A stretch of 13,872 nucleotides of DNA from Candidatus Heimdallarchaeota archaeon. Its GTDB lineage: Archaea > Asgardarchaeota > Heimdallarchaeia > JABLTI01. The first letter of the stretch is position 1, and each line of letters begins with the position of its first letter. The notes below the pieces were generated by a model that saw only the letters and a program-made list of their open reading frames with translations, searched no databases and had not been told where the DNA came from. Positions 1 to 6,526 of this stretch are shown piece by piece. The DNA is taken from assembly GCA_030614005.1 (NCBI GenBank), contig JAUWKS010000078.1:1-13872 (forward strand), written 5' to 3'. The position numbers and the translations under genes were made by a program.

Positions 1-812
1 CCGATTGAAAAGATACCAATAAGAAAGATAATTACTGAGAGAATCCCAATACCAATTGTTATTTGTTTTGCGAGTTGGTCGAGTTTCTTCTGGATGGGGG
101 TGTCTTCTTGTTCAATGGAAAGTAATGAAGCAGCAATTTTACCTAATTCAGTAAGTAGTCCCGTACTTACAACAATACCCAAACCAGAACCATTCACAAT
201 AGTTGTTCCTTTGAAAAGAGTATTTTTTCTATCGGCTAATTGTGTATCCAATGGAAGAGAATTTGTATGTTTTGTAATTGTTGTTGATTCACCTGTCAGA
301 ATACTTTCAGCCGCTCTAATTTCATATGATTGTATTAATCGAATATCAGCAACAACTAAATTACCTGCTTCCAGAAAAACGATATCTCCAGGAACGACGT
401 CCTCAGACTTTATGTATCTTTTTTTGTAATCTCGAACAACAATAACTTCACTTTCAGAGAGCTTTCTTAAAGCACTAATAGCTTTTTCAGCTGAATATTC
501 TTGATAAAAACCTAAACCAGCATTCAATAAAACAACGATAGCTATTGCACTAACATCAATTATTGATTCCATATTTGATTCAAGAATGCCAATAACTCCA
601 GTAATGGCTCCAGCAATTAAAAGAATGATTACAAGAAGATTCTTGAATTGACTTAGAAAAAGTTTGATTGGACTTACTTTTTTTTCTGAAGAAACAATAT
701 TCTGACCATGTCTTTCAATTCGTCTAGTAGCTTCCTCTGTAGATAATCCTTCAAATTGTGAGTCTAGTGAATCATAGACCTCTTCTACAGTCATATCAAA
801 ACCAGATACCAT
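1..812 (-). CDS. P-type cation-transporting ATPase, probably type IIA (Ca2+/PacL/SERCA-like); N-terminal ~270 aa, runs off the window edge
   Basis: I translated the reverse strand from ATG at 812: MVSGFDMTVEEVYDSLDSQFEGLSTEEATRRIERHGQN (Cation_ATPase_N pattern), TM1/TM2, GFYQEYSAEKAISAL, VVPGDIVFLEAG, DIRL, ESILTGES (actuator TGES motif), FKGTTIVNGSGLGIVVSTGLLTELGKI, TPIQKKLDQL, then TM3. The frame is open to position 3. It is absent from the ORF track because no stop falls in the window. The DKTGT and ion-binding motifs are outside the window, so the substrate is not fixed. Confidence 0.95.
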   Translation of the reverse strand, partial: MVSGFDMTVEEVYDSLDSQFEGLSTEEATRRIERHGQNIVSSEKKVSPIKLFLSQFKNLLVIILLIAGAITGVIGILESNMESIIDVSAIAIVVLLNAGLGFYQEYSAEKAISALRKLSESEVIVVRDYKKRYIKSEDVVPGDIVFLEAGNLVVADIRLIQSYEIRAAESILTGESTTITKHTNSLPLDTQLADRKNTLFKGTTIVNGSGLGIVVSTGLLTELGKIAASLLSIEQEDTPIQKKLDQLAKQITIGIGILSVIIFLIGIFSI

Positions 813-1011
813 AACATAGAGAAAAAATAGGTTAAATAAAAACTATTACTAAGATTATAATATTCTAGAAAGAGATTATTAATCTTAAATCTTGTAACAT
901 TAATATAAGTAATGATATTTTTTGTTTCTGAAGAATATTTATGAATTGCAATAATACTACTTGTAAATCATAGAAATCAATTATCTCTCGAGTAAATTTG
1001 GTGAGAATTTA
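813..1011. promoter_or_regulatory. Divergent AT-rich promoter region between the ATPase and TPR genes
   Basis: Minus-strand TTTATTTA (833-840) lies 21-28 nt upstream of the ATPase ATG. Plus-strand GGTGA (1000-1004) lies 7 nt before the TTG start at 1012. Confidence 0.45.
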
Positions 1012-1842
1012 TTGACAAACGAAAATACAGAAAAACCTAAAGTTATTGCTGAAATGAATGACGTTAAGGAACTAAATGAATTGGGGATAAGCTATGGAAA
1101 GAAAGGTCAATTTGATAAAGCACTAGAAGCTTTTGAACGGTCATTAGAAATTGATCCCAACTACGCAGAAGCTTGGAGCAATATTGGTTTAGCTAACAAT
1201 TTAATGGGGAACAATGAAGAATCAATCGAGTGCTATCTGAAGGCTATAGAGATAAATGATAAAATCATAACCGCTCGAGCAAATTTAGCTATAATGTATG
1301 AGCGTAATGATGAGCTTGAAAAAGCAATTGATGCTTGGAAAAACTTGTCAAAAATAATTCCAGAAGACCCGGGAGTATTTAGTGATATGGCTAATGTTTA
1401 TTTTGAAATGGAAGAATACGATTCAGCTCTTGAATGCTGTAATAAAGCAATAGAATTGGATCCCTTTTTGACTGAACCAAAAAATACTATTGGTGCAATT
1501 CATATAAAGAGAAAGGAATATGTCCAAGCGATTGCAATATGTGAAGAGATTTTAAAAATAAAACCGTTGGATGTAATAGTAATCTCTAATATGGGTCTTG
1601 CTCATCAAGAAAAAGGCAACACGGATAAAGCTATTGAACTACATGAAAAAGCCATTTCCATAGATCCATATTATTACGTAGCTTATAATAATCTGGGATG
1701 GTTATATCATCAAGAAGGCAATTTAAAGAAAGCAATAGAATATTATGAACAAACTTTGCAGATTAACGCAGAATATGAAACAACTCAAATAAATCTTAAA
1801 GATGCTCAAGAAGAATTGAAGGAAAAGTCGGTTAGTGATTAG
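1012..1842 (+). CDS. Tetratricopeptide repeat protein (7 tandem TPRs plus capping helix, no catalytic domain)
   Basis: Seven consecutive 34-aa units match the TPR consensus, e.g. AEAWSNIGLANNLMGNNEESIECYLKAIEINDKI and YVAYNNLGWLYHQEGNLKKAIEYYEQTLQINAEY. The TTG start has a GGTGA SD. Confidence 0.95.
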   Translation: MTNENTEKPKVIAEMNDVKELNELGISYGKKGQFDKALEAFERSLEIDPNYAEAWSNIGLANNLMGNNEESIECYLKAIEINDKIITARANLAIMYERNDELEKAIDAWKNLSKIIPEDPGVFSDMANVYFEMEEYDSALECCNKAIELDPFLTEPKNTIGAIHIKRKEYVQAIAICEEILKIKPLDVIVISNMGLAHQEKGNTDKAIELHEKAISIDPYYYVAYNNLGWLYHQEGNLKKAIEYYEQTLQINAEYETTQINLKDAQEELKEKSVSD

Positions 1843-1844
1843 AA

Positions 1845-2201
1845 ATGACAAAAAAAGTTAAACCCGGAATGAGTGCGCTGGAAATTGCTACTCTCCATTA
1901 TGAATTACTTTTGGAAGGCAATAAAGAAGAATGGGTTAAAACAATCAAACAAGCGAAACAATCAACCGTAGATTCACGTGGTCATGGACCATTTTATTGG
2001 TGGAAAACCGGTCAAAGGTACAAAGAACAATATGGTTACTCGTATACTTATAAGCATAAAGATGAGAAGCAAAGCTCCGAGAAACACATCAAATTGTTTT
2101 TCCATCGTCTTAACAAAGAAGGAAAACCACAAGGACAAGTACCCATCCATATCATAATTGATGAAGATGGTGAATGGCGAGTGGATGTAAGCAGTTGGTA
2201 G
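1845..2201 (+). CDS. Hypothetical 118-aa soluble protein, possible NTF2-like alpha+beta fold
   Basis: ATG lies 2 nt after the TPR stop and the composition is protein-like. The N-terminal helix pair (SALEIATLHYELLLEGNKEEWVKTI) and C-terminal hairpin (VPIHIIIDEDGEWRV) resemble small NTF2-like domains; the fold is inference. Confidence 0.75.
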   Translation: MTKKVKPGMSALEIATLHYELLLEGNKEEWVKTIKQAKQSTVDSRGHGPFYWWKTGQRYKEQYGYSYTYKHKDEKQSSEKHIKLFFHRLNKEGKPQGQVPIHIIIDEDGEWRVDVSSW

Positions 2202-2214
2202 ATATTTTATCTTA

Positions 2215-2799
2215 CTAACTTACTTTATTTTTAAATGGAGCTCTTGAAAGATTCCTTGCATTTAATGCACCTTCATAATAGAGTAGTTGGTCTTGCAATG
2301 AAAATGACTCAATATTTTCTGGTATTGGGTTTGTCCTATTTTTTGTCTTTTTCCAAAATGATTTCTTTCTTAAAAGATTGCTTTTGAATTCCTCTTGTTT
2401 CTTGAGAGCACATTGAAACCGAGTAATTAATTGTGAATAAAAAGAATTTTTCAAACGATGATTTTTATTAAAGTCACCTAAGTTAACATAAGCTGATCCA
2501 GTTAAAACTTCAGTAAGAGAAAAGCTGAAATCTTTCAGTATTGCTATACAATAAAGTAGTGCATTTGGATTTGTTTCCTCAAGTAAATCATCTAGTAATG
2601 CTAGAACAACCTTCGGATTGAAAAAAATAGTTGATCTAATTACTTCATAGCACTCCTTTCGTATCAAATACAAATTATCAAAGAGGTTTCTCTTCACGAA
2701 ATCGATATAGAGCTGAGTATTATTTATCCCTGTAATTTGATAATAATGTAGCGCAATTAATGCTAACCATTTCTGTTCAAGTATTGTTGTTTTTTGCAA
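2215..2799 (-). CDS. Hypothetical helical protein with a HEAT-repeat-like segment
   Basis: 194-aa ORF with a TTG start 5 nt after the upstream gene's stop. LFDNLYLIRKECYEVIRSTIFFNPKVVLALLDDLLEETNPNALLYCIAILKDF has HEAT-like periodicity. The C-terminal part is basic (LLRKKSFWKKTKNR). Confidence 0.7.
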   Translation of the reverse strand: MQKTTILEQKWLALIALHYYQITGINNTQLYIDFVKRNLFDNLYLIRKECYEVIRSTIFFNPKVVLALLDDLLEETNPNALLYCIAILKDFSFSLTEVLTGSAYVNLGDFNKNHRLKNSFYSQLITRFQCALKKQEEFKSNLLRKKSFWKKTKNRTNPIPENIESFSLQDQLLYYEGALNARNLSRAPFKNKVS

Positions 2800-2804
2800 G
2801 TCAG

Positions 2805-3341
2805 TTAATAATTTAAGAATTCTTTTTCATCAGAACGATCTAATGTTTGGCAATTTACACAGCAATTATATCTCTCTGCAGCCTTGTTTGCTAAATGATT
2901 AAATATCTCCTCTAAATCCTCATGACCTGCTTCTGCTGGTTCCATTAGCAAGGGATCAAATTCCAACGTGAGAGTATTAAATATCTCGAGTAGGTCACAT
3001 TCTTCTCTCTTTTTCTTCTGTAGTAATTTTTCATATGTTAAACCATATTCCTTAGGTTTTTGAAGAAAGAATTCAGGAAAGAGATTTTCCTGAGCGAGAT
3101 ATTCCCAATAAGTTAAGAAATGTTTTAGATTTGTCTTAGATCTTTCAGATAATCTATCATGGTATTCTTTAGCTATTCTATCAGATATTTTTTGTATCTC
3201 TTGATATGGATACAACCAAGCAAAAAAGTCAATATCGTAAGTATCTCCATAGAAATGAAAGTACCTATGATGTGCTTCATAACAAACTTTCGATCTCTCT
3301 TCACCTAAATTATCTGTTGTCCAGAATGTGTGAAATTTCAT
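2805..3341 (-). CDS. Hypothetical protein (~178 aa) with His-rich N-terminal and CCxxC C-terminal motifs
   Basis: The track ORF is 2805..3386 (TTG). I prefer the ATG at 3341 (MKFHTFW) because the extra 15 aa look like translated AT-rich intergenic DNA. Motifs CYEAHHRYFH and YNCCVNCQ. No family recognised. Confidence 0.7.
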   Translation of the reverse strand: MKFHTFWTTDNLGEERSKVCYEAHHRYFHFYGDTYDIDFFAWLYPYQEIQKISDRIAKEYHDRLSERSKTNLKHFLTYWEYLAQENLFPEFFLQKPKEYGLTYEKLLQKKKREECDLLEIFNTLTLEFDPLLMEPAEAGHEDLEEIFNHLANKAAERYNCCVNCQTLDRSDEKEFLNY

Positions 3342-3574
3342 TTGATGATTTAAACAAAGAATAGCTACAACCGTCAATAATATCAAGTAAAACCTAGAAG
3401 CACCATCAATAATTAATAATGTGAATGGTTACTTGGTCTCACCAGAAAACTCTTAGAAACAAAACCAAAGCTCAATAATTTCGTTTATTTAGTTTAACAT
3501 TCATTTTTGGCCGTTAACGTTGCAATAACTTTATGTTATACAAATTCTTTTGATAAATAGTAAGTAAATTTAAC

Positions 3575-3596
3575 TTTAAAACTAAACTTTTGGTGA
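3575..3596 (+). promoter_or_regulatory. TATA-like box and SD for the 3603 gene
   Basis: TTTAAAA at 3575-3581 and GGTGA at 3592-3596, 6 nt before the ATG at 3603. Confidence 0.5.
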
Positions 3597-3602
3597 TGAA
3601 AA

Positions 3603-4919
3603 ATGGTTGGCTGTCCATTCAATCAAGGAGATACAATTACTCTGAAGCAACAATATGTATTTAGCGCTCTTTTAGAAGAAACTCAGAAATATTGGTTGCT
3701 TGAAGCAACTCAGATTCCTACTCAAATGACTGTAATGATTAAGATCTATATCAATAATAAATTTCCATCCATTACTGAAGCTGAAAAGGCATGGGAAAAT
3801 GAAATCAGTATTTTACAATCGAAAGCTGGACTTGATAATTTACCGGTAGAGTATATTGAATCTGGATCGATAATGATTTCAAATGAAAAACTATTCTTCA
3901 TTGTTCTCAATTATATCGAAGGAATAGAGCGATTTGCTGAAACAGCAGAAGAAGATAAGATGGAATTTGATGACGAAGAAACTCAATCAGAAACATCTCC
4001 AAGCATTAAAGATGAACTTGAACCACTAGTAAAAGAAAAGCAAGAAATTCCTCTACCAACAACATCATTTCTCAGGGAGGAAGATGATTTTAAAGCAGAA
4101 AAGAAAATTGCAAGTAAACCTTCTGCACCAAAACTAGGTGGTAAACAACATTCACAAGAACCAAAGCGAAGTAAAAGAAAAGATGCAGTTAGTGAACTAA
4201 AGGAAATACCTGAAGAGCCCAAAGGAATATCCTTAGTAGAAGAGAAGGATTACTTGAAACATATTTCAATGGGATATTTCGATCGAATGAATCCACAAAA
4301 TTACTATCCACTTACACTTAGCATTTCAGATATTTTGCAAGATAAAGAATCCTCAATTATTAATCCAATAACCGGAGAGCGAAAAATTCAAACACAATCA
4401 CAGTTAGATGTGAAATTAAAAAATCCTGCTGTTAAAATTCGTCCCATTTTACCTGGATGCAATGTTGTTCCACGAGAGATTGAAACGGATTTCAACAGAA
4501 CAACGGATGAAGTGACATTTTTTGTCACACCACTAGTGAAAGGAGAGATTGTTGGAAAAATTTCGTTCATCAATGAAGGAAAAGTCTTTCATACCACTGA
4601 ATTTAAGGCTAAAGTTGTAGACCCAAATTATGCTAAAGTGGTGGCATTCTTTGGAATACTTGCTAGCTTTGTACCGAAAATACTTAGCTTGCTTGGTATG
4701 AACATTGGTTTAGACACAACGATAGATACACTTGCATTATCTTCAATCGCGGTTATTGGCGGAATGAACATTGCAAGTATAATTGCTCTTGTTGGCATTA
4801 TACCTGTAATAATAGTTAGCGTTTTAATTCGCAGAGGATTGAAGCCCAAATCTACTAGAGTTCAATACCGGATTGCTGATTTCCGATTGAAGGACCTTAA
4901 ACTCCCTACAACATCTTAG
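3603..4919 (+). CDS. Multidomain membrane protein: degenerate protein-kinase-like N-lobe, charged low-complexity linker, beta-rich domain, two C-terminal hydrophobic helices
   Basis: aa 1-108 contain TVMIK (K47), AWENEISIL (E67), DNLPVEYIESG and FFIVLNYIEG, matching kinase subdomains II-V in order and spacing. No HRD, DFG or APE follows. aa ~110-220 are E/D/K/P/S-rich, aa ~223-340 are beta-rich, and aa ~343-409 hold two hydrophobic segments followed by a basic tail. Confidence 0.85.
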   Translation: MVGCPFNQGDTITLKQQYVFSALLEETQKYWLLEATQIPTQMTVMIKIYINNKFPSITEAEKAWENEISILQSKAGLDNLPVEYIESGSIMISNEKLFFIVLNYIEGIERFAETAEEDKMEFDDEETQSETSPSIKDELEPLVKEKQEIPLPTTSFLREEDDFKAEKKIASKPSAPKLGGKQHSQEPKRSKRKDAVSELKEIPEEPKGISLVEEKDYLKHISMGYFDRMNPQNYYPLTLSISDILQDKESSIINPITGERKIQTQSQLDVKLKNPAVKIRPILPGCNVVPREIETDFNRTTDEVTFFVTPLVKGEIVGKISFINEGKVFHTTEFKAKVVDPNYAKVVAFFGILASFVPKILSLLGMNIGLDTTIDTLALSSIAVIGGMNIASIIALVGIIPVIIVSVLIRRGLKPKSTRVQYRIADFRLKDLKLPTTS

Positions 4920-4925
4920 ATTACA

Positions 4926-6416
4926 TTGAAAGTTAAATCAAAACAAACTATTAGATACTCATCGATTTATATCGATGATGAATTTCTTTTTTTATATAAA
5001 GAGCATCCAATTTATTCTAAATTGTGTCAACAAATTATTAAATACTTTGTCGCATTCTATTCGATTATGTATATCCCATCCTCAAAGAATAGGAGTATTT
5101 GCTTCTATTGTCAAGATTTTCAAAAGGAAGAAAAGGATTATCCTTTAAGAAAAGGAAAATATAGTGCAGAAGGACTAGTTAACCGTTGCATTTGGCATTC
5201 CAAATTTCAATGTTCTGAATGTAACAGATTTTTTCATTACAGCTTTCTTTATTGGTGTCCAACAATAAACAAAATCGTATGTGGGAAATGCAATAAACCA
5301 ACCTTATATCCAGTTAAATTTTGGAATAAAACGTACGCATATGCTTTCGAATGCAAAGATTGTGGTCAAACACATTATGATCTTCTTTATTCGGAGTTTA
5401 TGGGAGAACATCCGTGGCAAGTCAATAAAGGAAAATTGTTCAATGAGGAAAACCCATTAAATTCAATTATCAACACTCGTTTTCCTTGGGATCCAATATG
5501 GAAACCAGTTAAGGAACGAAAAGGAACTGCGATAACAATTGAAGAAGCACTGAAAATAGAAAATTTAGTGCATTCTGTTTGTAAAGAGATGGGAAACGTA
5601 AATTTACACTCAGAAATTCTACAAGATGAACAAGTTGATCTATCTGATACAAAAACTAGATGGGAGAAAACAAGTCAGAGCTGGATGAAAAGTCAAGTTG
5701 CTATGAACGAGGATAAGGGAGACGCTAGTCGAGAATTTATAATCGACCCAGCATTATGGAAACAATTAGGCGACGTAAAAGAGCTAACAATATTGGATGC
5801 AGGATGTGGAAATGGGTATCTTTCACGTCTATTGGCAAAGAAAGGAGCTAATGTCGTTGGAATTGATTTCTCGAGACATTTCATTGGTTTCTGTAAGAAA
5901 AAAGAGAAAGAGGAACCATTAGGATGTGAATTCTACAAAGGTTCTTTAACGGATATGGCTGTCCTACAATCCGAAACTTTTGATATTGTTGTTTCAAACG
6001 TGGTTATGGTGGATGTGCAAGACTACCAAGCAGCATTTAGAGAAATAAATAGAGTACTGAAACCTAAAGGACGATTCATTTGGTCGAACCTCCACCCTGT
6101 ATTTGGAAGTTTTAATCAATATTTTTACCGATTGCCTTTTGATACACCTAGAAATGAAGAACGATTATTTTTAATGATAGACAGATACTTCGATTCTGGA
6201 GCAATATTGATGTCTTGGGGTAATATTGAACCTATATGGCAATTTCATCGAACGCTTCAAGAATATACTCAAGCATTAAATAAAGCAGGATTTCTTATAC
6301 GAGAAATAATCGAGCCAAAACCATCACTAGAAGATATAAGAGAACACCCGAGAATGGTAGCCTTTGATGCAGATAGAATTCCTTTCTTCATTATCTATGA
6401 TTGTGTGAAAGATTGA
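4926..6416 (+). CDS. Class I SAM-dependent methyltransferase with an N-terminal multi-Cys/His putative zinc-binding domain (true start possibly ATG 5067)
   Basis: Motif I ILDAGCGNGYLSRLLAKKGANVVGIDFS, FDIVVSNVVM, and EINRVLKPKGRFI. The N-terminal region has C59-x2-C62, C88-x2-H91, C96-x2-C99, C119-x2-C122, C143-x2-C146, plus H104, C111, H150 and H162 (track numbering). Confidence 0.92.
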   Translation: MKVKSKQTIRYSSIYIDDEFLFLYKEHPIYSKLCQQIIKYFVAFYSIMYIPSSKNRSICFYCQDFQKEEKDYPLRKGKYSAEGLVNRCIWHSKFQCSECNRFFHYSFLYWCPTINKIVCGKCNKPTLYPVKFWNKTYAYAFECKDCGQTHYDLLYSEFMGEHPWQVNKGKLFNEENPLNSIINTRFPWDPIWKPVKERKGTAITIEEALKIENLVHSVCKEMGNVNLHSEILQDEQVDLSDTKTRWEKTSQSWMKSQVAMNEDKGDASREFIIDPALWKQLGDVKELTILDAGCGNGYLSRLLAKKGANVVGIDFSRHFIGFCKKKEKEEPLGCEFYKGSLTDMAVLQSETFDIVVSNVVMVDVQDYQAAFREINRVLKPKGRFIWSNLHPVFGSFNQYFYRLPFDTPRNEERLFLMIDRYFDSGAILMSWGNIEPIWQFHRTLQEYTQALNKAGFLIREIIEPKPSLEDIREHPRMVAFDADRIPFFIIYDCVKD

Positions 6417-6526
6417 AAAATCATTTATTTAATCACCTTATCTATTGGACAAACATCTATTTCTTTGATTTTGACAGTAAAGTAACGCTAATAAAAGCTT
6501 AAGTTATAATTCGAGCTATATCAACA

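Noticed and set aside
94-429. 111-aa plus-strand ORF in the track
   Set aside because: Antisense shadow of the P-type ATPase, which has clear motifs on the minus strand.
678-685. A/T homopolymer runs of 8 nt (also ~6558-6565) as phase-variation or frameshift sites
   Set aside because: Such runs are expected in AT-rich Lys-coding DNA, and the reading frames are intact on both sides.
3342-3386. N-terminal hydrophobic extension MILLTVVAILCLNHQ resembling a signal peptide
   Set aside because: It depends on an SD-less TTG in AT-rich DNA and has no basic n-region or cleavage site; the ATG at 3341 is more plausible.
3983-4849. Three short minus-strand ORFs (3983..4222, 4388..4573, 4628..4849)
   Set aside because: All lie antisense within the 438-aa gene, have no motifs, and show the Ser/Phe/Leu-rich composition typical of shadows.
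3603-4919. Calling this ORF an active Ser/Thr kinase or a frameshifted kinase pseudogene
   Set aside because: No catalytic-loop or DFG motif in frame, alternative frames close immediately after the hinge, and the ORF continues intact for 330 more codons.
5693-5884. 63-aa minus-strand ORF
   Set aside because: Antisense to methyltransferase motif I.
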